From: Amoebophrya sp. A120
Taxonomy: Eukaryota; Protista; Dinoflagellata
Reading direction: 5' to 3'
NCBI GenBank assembly: GCA_905178155.1
Contig: CAJINV010000002.1
Coordinates: 2,881,074 to 2,945,073, forward strand
DNA: 64,000 bases
Position numbers and translations under genes: made by a program. The stretch's first letter is position 1; each line of letters starts with the position of its first letter. Under the pieces are notes generated by a model. The model was not told the DNA's origin, did no database searches, and saw only the letters and a program-made list of their open reading frames with translations. Below, one piece after another: positions 22,601 to 37,600 of the stretch.

Positions 22601-25600
22601 GGTTTCTATCAAGTGCAAAAATGTCTGGGTCTGGAAGGATGCAAGATCTGTCATGCTTCTCTGGCATGACTGAAAAGTTTGTGATGCGTGTCCAAGAAGA
22701 GACCCTGTCGCCTGTCATGTCAAACGCAGTTTGTCATGCGGAGAGCGCAACACGAAGCAGCGCAAATATTTCTCATGCCTGGCTGTGCATGACAGAGAAT
22801 TCACTCCTCACAACTCAGCATTACAAGCTTCCAGACTCAGACATATTTGCAATCCATAGTTTCGCTGGTTGGTCGACGTGTTCGAGGGCCTCCTCGACGA
22901 TTCCCGCATGCTGCTCGAGACACTGGTCGAAAAGTTGCTCGGAATGAAGCTACCCGACTACGAGCGGCCCATCACGCTGCCGCAGGGCAACTACTGGAAG
23001 TTCTGCAAGACGTGCATGTGGCGGGACCCCGTGCTCACCCAAATTGCCTATCCTGTGCAAAAGTATCGTACAACTCGTAGTAATTGCAATCATTATCATG
23101 CATTACAAATTTTTTTCCGAAGGTAAATCCGCATGACAAATTTTCTTTCTCATGCTGAGGAAATTTGTAAAAATGCATTTCTACGAGTCCGATACCATAC
23201 TTTTGCAATGCATATTGCCGCCGGCAGGATGAAGGTCAGCAGCACAATCAAAGAGCTGGTCAAAATGACCTCGGCTGTCTTCACACCTGTATCAAAAGGA
23301 AAAAACCCCCCTCCCCATATCAAAACGAAGTTTCTGATGCTGGATTTCCGTACACAAATCAGATCTGTCTTGCAGTAGAGAACTGCAGGCATATGCCAGT
23401 TCTGATTCGAGAGGTTTTAACGTGGGCACCTAGCATGACAAACGTCTAGGCTGTAAGCCCAACAGCATCACAAAACGCCTGCATCATGCGGCGGACTCTC
23501 TGAGTTCGCCTGCTTGCAACACAGATAGGATTCGTGGTCACAAATCTGCATCACAAATTTTCAGACGAATGCGTTTTCAATATGGGGAGGGGGAATTTTT
23601 CCTCACAATAACCTGTAGATAAAAAATCTTCGCAGAAAGACGTAGATGCAGCCGTGAGACAGCTCTTCGGAGCAGAGGAGCCAGTAGAGGAAAGCAAAAG
23701 AGAGGATATCCTGAGTAAAAACGTACCCATACCAGAGTTGTAATGCAGATTTGCAAAGACAGGAAGACTTGTAATGCGCATCCCCATGAGAGCCATTTCC
23801 AATCGTGTTTTGGAATTTGTGATGCTGTGAACAGGATGAGCAGATGAATCTGTGACGCGGCTGCACTTGCTAACCTGCACTACACTGCAGAGCGCAACTA
23901 GTCATGCGTGATTCCCAAAACTCCTAGGTTTCTGTTGCGAAATCCCCATCCTGACTCTGGTGTGGGTACGTTTTTACTCAGGATAGAGGAGCTACCCCGT
24001 CGTGTAAAATCGTCCCCACGACCCCAGAGCTGTCATGCAAATCTGCTTCATTAAAATGTTTCCCATGCGGAGATGATCCATGGGAAGAATTCTCTAGTGG
24101 TCGTGTTTTGAAATTTGTGATGCTCAAATCAGCCCGATATGCTAGATCTGTGATGCTGCCAAACTAGCTAAATCGAGGATTTTAGACTACGAGACCAAAC
24201 TTCTCGTCATGCGCAACAGCCAAAGCTGGCGGATTTGTCTAGCAAATTCCCGCCCATCTTGATGACTCTGGGGTGTGGGCCCCGTTTTCCCTCAGGATAG
24301 GAGCGCCTGTCGGAGTACGCGACATTTCTGAGTTCCATATCAAATGTAAAAATGTCTGGGTCTGGAAGGTTAGAACTTGTCATGCTAAATCTGAATGATG
24401 CAAAAATCTGTGTTGCGCGAGTACCAAAAGCTGTCCGCTTTTGACCAAGTTGAGAGGGAGTTTCTCATGCAGGAAAGGCATGATAGAGACCTCAAAAAGT
24501 CTGTCATGCTGGGTCTCGCATTCCAGACCTCATGGGCCATGGAAAACCTGCATCACAAGTCTTGCATTCTTCCAGACCCAGACATTTTTACATTTGATAT
24601 TCCATGGTTCCAGACATCTTTTCACTGCGGCAAGCCATATCCTCGATGCAAAAGTATCTGATACTCGTAGTAATTGGTGCAACCATGCATTACGAATCCT
24701 TTTTTGAAGGTAGAGCCGCATTTTACAAATTTTATTTCTCATGCTGAGAAATAAATTTGTCATGCATTTATACGATAGTACGATACTTTTGCAGTTCATA
24801 AGCCAAGCAACTGCACAACGTGAAGCCGGGAGCGGGGTTGCAGCTCCTGCACCCAGACTCAGGCAACTACGCGGCCCACCTGGAATTTCTCGATTATCGC
24901 GACCTGCACGAGACTAGCGAAGTGATGAAAGACTTGGACGACGGGAGACAGGAGGTCCTCGGGTTCACTAGCGGCTTCATCAAGGCAATATGCATTGCAA
25001 AAATGTCTGGGTCTGGAAGGTTGCAACTTGTATGTGATGCTAATTCTGGATCGTGCAAAAATCTGTGTTGCATGAATCCCAAAAGCCGTCCACTTTTGAC
25101 CAAGTTGAGAGGAGTGTTCTCTTGCAGGATAGGCATGATAGGGATCTCAACACAGAATCTCCATCTGCTGGCATGCTAGGTCCTGCATTTTTCCAGGCGA
25201 CGTGGATTATGGAAAATCTGCATGAAGACCACAAGCCTGGGAATGAATCTTCCAGACGGAGACATTTTTGCATTTGATAGGCTAATGACCGAGACAAATA
25301 CGAGACGCAGCAGTGGCCCTTCGTTCCGAGACGGATCGCGCTCGAGTGGTTCACTGCCTTGGCCTGCAGCCTGCGGGGTGCCTACGAACCGAATACCATG
25401 CTGCCCCATCCGCCCACCGCCGCGCGCGCTGACAAGATTGAGCGCCGCTACCTCAATCTGATCAGACAGCACGTAGCCAAGAAAAAAACTGTGTAGGTGT
25501 AACTTTGTGTAGTTGCAGACGATGCGAGACACAAGAACTTACACCTGTCAATTCGGGCATGCGTCAGAGGCTCTCTCCGTACGTGTTTTCATCTACCAGC

Positions 25601-28600
25601 TACGCATGACAGGTTTTCTGTGTCATGCAGAGCAAACTTGTCATGCTATTCCTTCAAGAAAGTTTAAGTTACACTCACGCAGTTTTATTCTTGCATAGCA
25701 CGCCCGCATGTTGCACCTGCTCCCGGACCACCACCACAGCTTGCGAGGAGGCTTGAAGCAATATCAAACTGAAAAATCCTCCTTCCCCATATCAAAACGA
25801 AGTTTCTGATGCTGGATTTGCGTACACAAATAACATTTGTCTTGCTGGAGAGGACTGCAGACCCATATCAAGCCTGAGTAGACAGGTTTCGGCCTAGTAG
25901 GCCTTTAGCATGAAAAACGTCCGTACTGTAGGCCCAATAGCATGACAAACCGCCTGCATAGTGCAGCGAAGCCTGTGGAGCAGTTGCCTCCTCGCAAGAC
26001 AGACGCGATTTGTGGTAACAAATCAGCAACACAAATTTGCGAAGACGTACCCTCTCAAAATGGGGAGGCGGGATTTTTCTTCGCGATAAGCAAGACCTGC
26101 AGGAAGATATTCCGCCGCTTTCGGAAGATGAGTCGGAGCAGCAGAACAAGAATGGTGAGAAAACCGATATGACCTCCTCAGATGATGTTACAATCTCGAA
26201 TGTTAGAATAGAAATGGAAATCTGTGATGCAAAAAGTGCATCATCTAGCCAACTCTTACAGGTGGATTGCGCATGACAAGTTCCGGAGCTGCCCCATCCA
26301 ACCCCGCGGAATAAATACTACATCCCCCCGGCGAACAAATTTGTATTGCGAAAAGCGGAACAAGCCTCTGTCTGGCACTCATGCTGTTCATGCAAGACAA
26401 ATCCCAGAGTCCCTATTGTAACGTTTGAGATTGTAACAGCACCTAAGCTGCAGGTTATAACCGACGACGACGAGGACCTCGATGAAAAAGATGGTGACGA
26501 GAAAAGGAGGAAGACCAGCGCTGCAGAGGACAGTATGAAATGCAAACATGTCTGGGTCTGGAAACTTGTGATGCTAAAATGTGCATGATGAAAACACTTC
26601 CGAATGCAGTCCGGCATGACAACTTCCCAAAACGCTTTCTCATAGGCAATCCGCATGAGAAGCTGCGTTTTTGCATGACAAAAGAGGCTGTGACTTTTGT
26701 TCGTTATGCAATACAGATTTTCTAGGTATGGAAAGCTAGCATTACAAGTCCCAACCTTCCAGACCCAGACATTTTTACATTTGATAGACAGGACCACAGC
26801 ACCATCTCGCGGCCACAAGAGCGACGTGGTCAACAAAGGAGTAGCATTCCAGAAATCGGTCAAGGTGTCAAAGAAGGCAAAAATTCCAAACCTGGGTGGA
26901 CCAGCGTCCTTCGCTGATTGGCATAACCCTATGAATTGCAAAAGTGTCTGGGTCTGGAAGAATGCATGTTTGTCATGCTTGTCTGGCATAACTTTGAAAT
27001 CTGTCATGCACGTTACCCAAGAGCTCCACTTTTCTGTGATGCAGAAACGCAGTTTGTCATGCAGAATAGGCAACACCTAGAAGCTCAGAAACTTGTCATG
27101 CTGAGCCAGCATTTGTGGCCTCATCATGAGACGCCACCCAGCATCACAAGTTTCCAGACCCACACATTTTTACATTTGATAAACCCGTATCTGATACAAG
27201 ACGCGATGCATGACATCCGTCTGGAGAGTATTACAATGAAAAATGCCCCCATGCCCGAACTTGGGAGGAGCATTTGTATTCCAAACCTTTCCAAAAGAAA
27301 CATTCGCCCTCTTGCGTCTAGCAGCATCACAGATTTCCAATCGTGAATAGCAAAAGTTTGTATAATTGCAAAAGATCATTCCAGCAAGAGCGGCGCTTGT
27401 CATGCAAGCGGTGCGATATACGACTAGACCCTGCATCAGAAAGATTGGATTCATACTCCTTTCATGCATGACAAAAAGTTTTCTTTTGGGAACTTCGCAT
27501 CACAAATTTTTGCAACTGTGGGGGTGAGGGCATTTTTAACTGTAATACAGAGCTATGGCGCTGCGGCCTGGAAACTGGACGAATTTGTTCTAAGTCGCGT
27601 ATCAAAAGGAAAAATCCACCCCCCTCCCCATATCGAAACGGTATGATTCCGAAAATTTGTGTTGCTGATTTGAGACCACAAATCACGTCTGTCTTGCAAG
27701 AAGACAAGTGCAGAGGCTTCCGCGCCAATATGAAAGCGGTTTGGCATGCTGTTGGGCCTAGGGGGTAGCCGTTTGCAATGCTAAACAACTAGACCCAAAC
27801 GCCCCTGCCTAGGCTGAGGATTTGGCTGCGATGCCTTACTGCAAGACAGCGCGCATTTGTGTACGGAAATCCAGCATCAGAAACTTCGTCTCGATATCGG
27901 GAGGGGGGATTTTTCCTTACGATATCGCGTACGAAATGACACCTCGACGTTTGTGGTGGATATGCAACAAAAAAACTGTGTAAGTGTAACTCTGTAATGC
28001 AGAACATGCAACAGTAGAGTTACACCTGTCATGCCAGACAGCCAAGAAGTCCTCTTTTCGTGTGCTGTGTTTTCCCTTGCAAGCTACGCATGACAGGCTT
28101 TCTCTGGTGTCATGTAGAGCAAATTTGTGATGCTGTCAACCAAAGAAGGTTACACTAACACAGTTTTTTTCTTGGATAGTGGAGTGGCACAAATTAGTGA
28201 AAAGGAGAAAGAAGGTAACTCATCTTAAAAAGGGGGCCCGGGAGGAAGGCCACGAAGGAGGTGCAGCAGATGGGGAAAACGAAAACAAAAACGAGAACGA
28301 CGACGGGTCCTCGTATGAAGAAGTGATGGAGCCGCATAATACTACGATGCAGCTGGCGTGGTGGGCCTTATCACGGGAAAAAACTGCTTACAGTTCTTAC
28401 GCATTTGTTGCAATTTCAGCATCACAAGATTCAGATTGCTCTGCATAGCAAAGAAAACTTGTAATGCGTACCAGACGAAGATCTCTATCAGGGAAGACAC
28501 GCATGAAATGAGGCTGCAAAGCATTTCCTGCATGACAGAAGTCGTCTGTCTTGCTGGTCTCGCATTTCAGAATGTGTAACTGTAGCACTTTTTTCTTACG

Positions 28601-31600
28601 ATAGGCCTTTTTGCGGGACCACTACGGCATGACGTGGGAGGAAGACCCGGATGGCACCGGGTTCAGCAATCTTCCCGCCTGCGACCTGGTTTGCGTGGAG
28701 TGCTCGCGCCAGGACATATTGCAGTGAAAAACGTTCCCACCCCCAAAGTTGCAAAAATTTGTGATGCGAAGTTTCCAAATGAAAACTTTTTGCCATGCAT
28801 GAAAGGGGTATGGACCTTTCTAATGCAGAGTCTAGGCGTGTATCGCATCGCTTGCATGACAAGCGCCACTCTTGCTGGGTGGATCTTTTGCAATACAAAT
28901 TTTTGCTATTCGCGATTGGAAATAACCTGTGATGCTGATAGATGCAAGAAGGCAACTGCTTCATTAATGGAAAGGTTTGCAACACAAATGCTCCCAAGTT
29001 CGGGGATGGGGACATTTTTCATTGTAATAGGACAAGACGCTCGTGCACTACGGAAACCCGCTCACAGACAATATTATTGCCAGAAACCTGTTTCACACAG
29101 ATAGCGATCGTACGCAACAACAGCAAGAGGCCACGACCACCACCACCACAACAACCGATCGTACGCAACAAGAACTTTCGTCCACTACTAGTACGACCAC
29201 GACCACCACCACCCTATGGATTGCAAAAATGTCTGGGTCTGGAAGAGTGGAACTTGTGCTGCTCCGTCTCCATTATCCAAAAATCTGTATTGCATGAACA
29301 GCAAAAGAGGTCTGGTTTTGGCCACGGCGAGAGGGCATTTCTCATGCGGTATAGGCATCAGAAAGCCCTCACAAGACCTGTGATGCTAGGGCATGCATCG
29401 CAGACATCAGGAGTCATGCAAAATGTGCATGACAAACCTTGCATCCTTCCAGACCCAGACATTTTTGCATTTGATGCACCCGGCCGCTGAGCAACGAGGA
29501 GCTTTTTTTCGGCGCCACCACGGAATTTAAGCGGTTGTTCACCCGGTGCCCGGGGGCTGCGAACACCGTCGAGGGCCGGTTCCTGATTCACGTAGGAGGG
29601 TCGGGCAACCATGTGCAGTCCAGGTCTGGCTATAGCGCAATCACCCTCGTGGACGGGATCGCGATGCCCGATAACCACGCTTTCCTCGGCAGCAGGACCG
29701 ACGAGGACCAATGGCTGAAGTGGGCCAGACTGAAGGAGGAGACTTTTGTGGGTTTCTACAGCCACGCCGCGGGGCTCCAGCAGACCTCCCGCCCGCTGGA
29801 CACCCCCGCGACGCGGAATATGGCGCTCTCAAACGTTACATTCCCAACTGTTACATGATTTGGCATGCGAAATTACCATGAGCTATCAGACGATCAAGCT
29901 ACGTCGCATGACAAATTTTCTAAGGGCTAAACAGTGCCTAAATCTGTGCCGAGAGTTCTTGCAAGCTTGTCCCCTTCACTGTTGCGGTTCTTGCATGACA
30001 AATCCATGTAGCAGTTGAGAATGTAACAGTTGAGAACGCCATACGGAAGTTCGCGCACTTGTACCTGGTCTGCGAGGTGCCCTATCAAGTGTAAAAGTGT
30101 CTGGGTCTGGAAGAGCCAAACTTGTGATGCTGCATTTGGATGCTAAAAAAATCTGTATTGCATGAGCAGCAAGAGGAGTCAAATTTGGCTACACGTAGAG
30201 GGCATTTGTCATGCAGGATGTGCATCGATACCGATAGGCGCTCAAAAAATCTGTGATGCTATGGCATACATCACAGACATCATGGATCATGGAAAATGTG
30301 CATGACAGACTTCTCCTCTTCCAGACCCAGACATTTTTACATTTGATATGCCCCAACTGCTGCCAAGAACGGAGGAAGGCATCGGGCTGGTGCCGAACGC
30401 CCAGATTTGGACTACCCTGCTGCGCACCGTGACCGTGGAGCACGCCCTGGGCCAGACTGTGCAGAAGAACCAAAAGAACGGGGAGGAGGAGGACGACAAA
30501 ACAGCACGAGGAGGACGGCCTGCTTCCTCAGAGACGACCACTGTGGGGAACAGTGCCAATTTGCTGCGCTTGCACCAGACCACCTGGGAGAACTTTTATG
30601 CCTCGGACGTCCTTACGAAAAGAAGCGACGCGGACAGGGGCACTAGCGTAAGTAGATATCGCAAGAAAAAAACTGTGTTAGTGTAAGTTTGTGATGCAGA
30701 AAATGTAAAGCTGTTACACTTGTTGATGTCATGCTACCTCGCCATGCGGCGCTATTTGTTTCGTGCGTGATCTCTTCACGTACTGGCTGCGTATGACAAG
30801 CTTTCTCCGTGGTCATGCGAAACAGATTTATTGTCATGCTGTGACCACAAGTAGACACCTACACTTACACTCACAGTTTTTTTCCTGGATAGTAGCCGCA
30901 CTTCCTCTACTACTGCTCGTCGCGAAGGTCGTGCGAAAAAGGCCGGGAAGAAGCAGAACAAGAAGGACAACAAAGACCACTCCTCGAGCAGACAAGAATC
31001 GCGGACTTCATCGAAAGAAGAAACTTCCCAGAGCAGGGAGCAAGACCACGGACAGCCTGCAAAAAGGACCCCGGCGAGCGAAGCGGTCGAAGGGCTCGAA
31101 CGGGAAACGCTGAGCGGGAACCAGTACCGAAGAACGGGTCGTTATGCATAGAAGAAAAGTGTTACAGTTCTTACACATCGTAATTGTATTGCATGCAAGA
31201 CAGACACGTTCTGTCTTGCCGGATTATATGCATAAGGGCGTCGGCGTTGCTCCTTCATACGTGTGTTCTTCCCTTGTGTTTTCTGCATTGCAAGCTTTCT
31301 CTCTAAAAATGCAGAGAAATAAATTTGTGTTGCGGAATCAACAGTTGTATCTGTAACACTTTTTTCGTGGGATAGCCGCAGCTTGGACACCACGCACCTG
31401 GAGTCGTTGTTTCTCACCGTTGATGCGAATGACCCTGATTCCCGCCTGAGTATCCCGTGTAAGAACGTCCCCACCCCAGAGTCAAAATGGGGATTTTGCA
31501 ACACAAACCTAGACCTTTTGGGAGTCACGCATGACAAGTTGCAGGCTGTACTGTAGTGCAGCTTAGCAAGGGAAGCCGCATAACAAATCCGTCTCCTTAT

Positions 31601-34600
31601 CCTGTTTACAGCATTACAAGTTCCAAAACACGATGGGAAATGCCTCTCAGGGGGATGCGCATTACAAATGCTCTTGTGCTTGCAAATCTGCATGACAACT
31701 CTGGGGTCGGGATGTTTTTACATAGGATACTGAGCGCGTTGGTCGAGCGGTGCGAAAACTTGGGGGCGTACTTGGTCCCGAACCAGAAACTCCTCCCGCA
31801 CGTTTTCGACGATCCCGATACGGTGGAGGCCAGTGAGCGGGCGCACCAGGCGCACCCGGAGCACATCATGTCTGACCGGCACTCGGGCGACTATGGCCTT
31901 CTCAACTGTTTCTGTTACATTCTCAACTGTTACATGAATTTGTGATGCAAGAGTGGCAAAAGTGAAAGCGGCACGCTTGCATCTTTCGCATCACAGACTT
32001 GGCATAGATTTTCAGACTGTTCAGCCCTTCGGGAATTTGTCATGCGAAGTAGCTTGATCGCATGGTGGCTTATGGTAATTCTGCATCACAAATTCACGCA
32101 ACACTTGAGAATGTAACATTTGAGAACGCCATAGCGACCACTACTTTCTCGTGCTGCGCCGCTGCCGGCTCCGTGCCGATACCCTGGTTACCTTTTTCAT
32201 CCACGGCAAGTTTCTGGACCTGTTCGAAAAGATGCGGGTGGAAAACGCGAAGCAGACGATTATCAATACGGCTCGGTGGTACAACGATCCGCGCTACCTC
32301 CAACTCGCCACGGCGTATTTCGAGGCCTTTGACGCGCACCGGACACGGCATGCACTGCAAAAATGTCTGGGTCGTCTGGAAGTGGTGGAACTTGTGATGC
32401 TGCATTTGGATCATTCCAAAAAAATCTGGATTGCATGAGCAGCAAAAGGAGCCGAATTTTTGCTACGCCAAAATATTAAAGGGCATTTGTCATGCGGGAT
32501 TGGTATCAAAAAGCCCTCAAATAAATCTCTGTGATGCTACGGCATACATCACAGACATCATGGCTCATGCAAAACGTACATGACAACGACAAGTCTTGCA
32601 TTCTTCCAGACCCAGATCGATATTTGCATTTGATACACGGCGGCACGAGACGACGAAGGTGGGAGAGCACGACGGTGCCATCCAGCTGATATCCAGTGCA
32701 AGAAATATGTCTTGGCCTGGAAAGTTGGAACTTGTAATGCTGGTCTTGCATTGATTCCTGTGAATAAATCTGAATCTGTATTGCATGACCAGCAAGTATT
32801 AAAGTGGCACCCTCTCATCTACTTTACGTAATACAAGAACGTCTCAGGTGGAGTTCGTATGAGAAAGCGTTCTGCAAATAAACTTGTCACGCTTTCCTGC
32901 ATGAGGAATAGTTTTCATCATGCACATTTTAGCATCACAAATTTCCAGCAGTCCCAGACACATTTGCATTTGATAGCTGACCAGGTGGGACAAGGAGGAC
33001 CTGGACGAAGAAATTCTGTACTACAAGGACGAGCTGACACTATGAACTGCAAGAGTACTATCATCTTTGTATTTAGTAGTAAAACTGCATTACAAATTTA
33101 AGCTCAGCATGACAGACGGAATTTATCATGCTGATTTATCTTGGGAAGGAGATTTGTCATGCAAAACTGCGAACACCACTACTACTACATCAAGCACGAT
33201 ACTTTTGCAATGCATAGACACTGGCCGTGCACGATTGGACCGCCGGGGGCAAGGTGACCGCCAAGCTGCGGCATTTATGCAAGAAAAGAACTGTGTAAAG
33301 TGTAGTAAGTCTGTGATGCAGAAAATGCAAAAGAGCTACACTTGTCATGCTGGTCAGCCATAGTGTCCTCTCTTCATTTGCGTCTTCACGTACTAGCCGT
33401 GCATGACAGGCTCTCTCTGTCATGCAGAGCAAATTTGTCATGCTGTCACTCCAAGAGAGTTCTTACACTAACACGGTTTTTTTCCTGGACAGCATTTTGA
33501 CTCGGGCTATTTCGATTCCTTCTGGCGCAGCTCGTGGCGGGAGTCGAACTTTGTGTTTCCCAACCACCTGGTCAGCGGGGGGCATTCCAAGTCCCACGGC
33601 GACCGTTTCTGGACCAACGAGCGCATATGGATGGCAAATATGTCTGGGTCTGGAAGAATACAAACTTGTGATGAACATTTCAGAAGACAGAAATGCATAG
33701 GTAGCAAAAGCTAAAGCTGCCCACTTTCTGCCAGCAAAATGGGGGATTTGTAATGCGAATTCGGCATCGCGGAAGCTTCTCGAAACCTGTGATGCTAGAT
33801 CTTCCATGCCAGACCTTCTGTGTCATGCAAAAACAGCATGACTCTTCCAGACCCAGACACTTTTGCACTTGATAGCGCATGGCGGACTACAAACTGCAGG
33901 GACTGAACGGCGACTTCAGCGTGTATTCGGATATGCTGAAGTACAACGTGTGGCTATCCTGTGTAAAAACGTCCCCACACCAGAGTCAAGATGGGAAATC
34001 TGCTAGACAAATTAGCCAGCTTTGGTTGTTTCGCATGACAAGTCTGCCCTCGTAGTGTAATCCTGTTGAGGAAGGTAGTAAAGTTCAGAAGCATCACAGA
34101 TCTACCATATCGTGCTGATTATAGCATCACAAATTTAAAAACACGACTAGAAAATGCTTCTCATGGGGCTCCGCATGGGACATTTGCATGACAGCTCTGG
34201 GCTGGGGGCGTTTTTACACAGGATAGTGGCTGGACGAGATGTCCGTGCCCTTTCTGTCCGTGATGCACAACCGGCTGCCCACCTATATGGGACTCTCAAA
34301 CGTTACATTCTCAGCTGTTACATGATTTGTCATGCAAAATGAGCATCAACATCCACACGATGAAGCTACTCCACATGACAAATCTGCGAAGGGCTAGACA
34401 GCGCCTAAATCCGTGCTGAATTTGTTGTAATGCAAAAGGCACAAAAATCACAATCTTCCCCCTTTCACTCTTGCCGTTCTTGCATTACAAATCATGCAAC
34501 AGTTGAGAATGTAACGTTTGAGAGCTCCATATCCTACCGCGGCCGGAAACCCTACACCGCGGACTGCACCTTCTGCGGCCTACAGCTTGCGGTTATTGCA

Positions 34601-37600
34601 TGGAAAAATCCCCCCTCCCCATATTGAAAGCGCATCCTTCTCAAAATTTGTCACGCAGATTTGTGACCACAAATCGGGTCTCTCTTGCAAGAAGGCGCGC
34701 TCAGGCTGTCAGCCACATTATGCAGGCGATTTGTAATGCTGTGACGCCTGCAGGGTAGGCGTCTCCCATGCTAGGCGCCTACACCAAAAGGCCCTCGCCT
34801 AGGCTTAGGATCTGCGTGCAGTCCTCTACTCCAACACAAATGTGATTTGTGTAAGTATCGAAATCCAGCATCAGAAATTTCGTTTGGATATGGGGAGGGG
34901 GGACTTTTCCTTTTGATAGCGGTGCCGGTGTTCGGCTTGAAACACCTGATGAACAAAGAAAAACCCACGGACTCGTCCACCTCCAGCGGCGCAACATCAA
35001 GTGCCTCACATGCGCATTCGTTCGTCTCTGAGGAACCGCACGACGTGGTAATATCCTGTGTAAAAACTACGTCGCCACGAGCAAAGAGTCCGTTGTCGTG
35101 CAGAATTGCATCTACAGCTACAGGAAGATTTGTCATGCGTATCCCCATGAGCACGAGAGGCATCTTCGCATCCTTTGTTCTGTTTCGGAATTTGCAATGC
35201 TGAAACAGTATAAGCTGATGGCTTTGTGATGCGGCTATGCTTGCTAACCTGCACAACTTCGACGCTACAGATTGATAAGAACTTGTCATGCGTGACTCCC
35301 AAAGCATCTGGATTTGTGTTGCACACTTCCCAACTTGTTGACTCTGGGACGTTTTCACACCGGATAGGAAAACAAAGTTTGTCATACGGTGGGAGCTATC
35401 AAATGTAAAATAAATGTCTGGGTCTGGAAACCTGTGATGCTGGGTGGCGTCTCATGATGAGGCCACAAATGCTGGCTCAGCATAACAAGTTTCTGAGCTT
35501 CTAGGTGTTGCCTATTCTGCATGACAAACTGCGTTTCTGCATCACAGAAAAATGGAACTCTTGGCTAACGTGCATGACAGATTTAAGAGTCATGCCAGAC
35601 AAGCATGACAAACATGCATTCTTCCAGACCCAGACATTTTTACATTTGATAGGGGCCAACACCTTGTATCAGCAGGGCGGGGCGCACCATCTTTTTAGTA
35701 CAACTTCTTCTAGTAGTACAAGAAGAACTTCTACTTCGTCTTCTAGTATAAAAACAACCTCACGAGAAGATCGAGACCACCGACCTTCTAAGCCTGTGGA
35801 GGACCTTGATGAAAATATTAAAAGCACTAGTAGAAAAACAACAACGATTAATGCGGGGTACGTGGACCTGCTGACGCGGAACGAGAACGCTTTTTTTCAC
35901 CAAACGCCACGACACCTAGCGAACTGGGATAGCGTATCATTTGGAAAAGCGTTCCCATACCAGAGTCAAGATGGGGAATCTGCTAGACAAATCAGCCAAC
36001 TTTGGTTGTGTCGCATGACAAGTTTGTCCTCGTAGTGTAATCCTGTTTCGGTAGTTCAGAAGCATTACAGATCTAGCATAGCATGCTGATTCTAGCATCA
36101 CAAATTCCAAAACACGAATAGAGCACGCTTCTTATAGGGCTCCGCATGAGAAACCTTTTTGGCATGCAGAATTGCATGACAGCTCTGGGGTGGGGACGTT
36201 TTTGATCAGGATATAGCGTTGCAGGGGCACGCGCCACGGACATGGATATTCCCCTATCATGAGAAAAAACTGTTTCACTGTAAGGGTTTTGCAGGTTTTG
36301 CATGACAAGCTTGTTACACATGACACTGAAAATTTGTCATGCGCGCTTCCAAAGGGAAAACACGCTCGAGAATCCAATGTCTTGCAGGTGTAGCAAGACA
36401 AATAGTGCTGTATTCCATTTTCTGCATTACAGTTTTTTCTTGTGATATCCTCGGACCGAGGTATACTGGCCCTTGGTTTTCGAGGCGTTGGAAAATTTCG
36501 GAAAGCTTATCAAATGCATAAGGTAAGTCTGGGTCTGGAAGAATGCAGATTTTTGTCATGCTGTTTTTGCATGACGCAAAAGGGCTCTTATGTAGGCCCT
36601 AGCATCACAGATTTCGAGTAGACCCTTCCGCAATTATGCCCAATCCGCCTGACAAATCCCCCACTTTCTTGGTGGCAGGAAGTGGGCACGACCCTTTGCT
36701 GCCTATGCAAGAGAAATTCTTGTGTGTTGCGAAATGCGCATCACAAGTTCGCATCTTTCCACGACATCCAGGGATATTTGCAATTCATAAAGCTGCACAA
36801 CGTAACACAACAGGAAGAAATCTTCGCCGGGTTTGATTCGCTGGTCAACGTGCATCCCGCCGTGCAGGAGTCCTACACAACGATGAGGCGGAAAAAGAAG
36901 AAGAAAAACGGGGATGACGATGAAGTACTAGGTGACCACACAGACACCGTAGATGTTGAAGTTGAGGAAGATCCGGACATCCTCTTAATGCATAGCACCC
37001 GGCAAGTATCGCAGGAAAAAACTGTTTCACTGTGAACTCGTGATGCAGAAAGTGGAGCACAGAGCTATTTGTCTTGCTACACCTGCAAGACATTGGATTT
37101 TTAAGCGTGTTTTCCCTTGGGAAACGCGCATGGCAAATTTTCTGTGTCATGTGTAGCAAACTTGTGATGCGGTTCTTGCAAAATCATCACAGTGAAACAG
37201 GTTTTTCGTGGGATAGCAAGCCTTGCTGCGGGGAGTTACGCGGCCGGTGGTGGCTTATGATAATCCGGGGGCGCGGGCCGAGTTCCAGGCCAAGCTGGAG
37301 GTCTTCTTCATGAATTTGCTCCGTTACGAGGAAGAGATCGAGGACTCGGAGCAGCGAGCCACGTCGGAAGGAAATGGCAACGCGCAGGAGCATATGGATT
37401 GCAAATACGTCTGGGTCTGGAAACTTGTAATGCTAAAAGTCAAAAATGATAGACGCACTGCAATACGTCGCAGCTATGCATGACAAATTTTTTGGCTGCT
37501 ATGTGTTGACGTATTCCGCATGGCAAGCTGCGTCTTTGCGTGACAGGTATTAAGAGGGCCTTCTCGTGCCTATGCAACACAGAGTCTGGAGTCATGCCAG

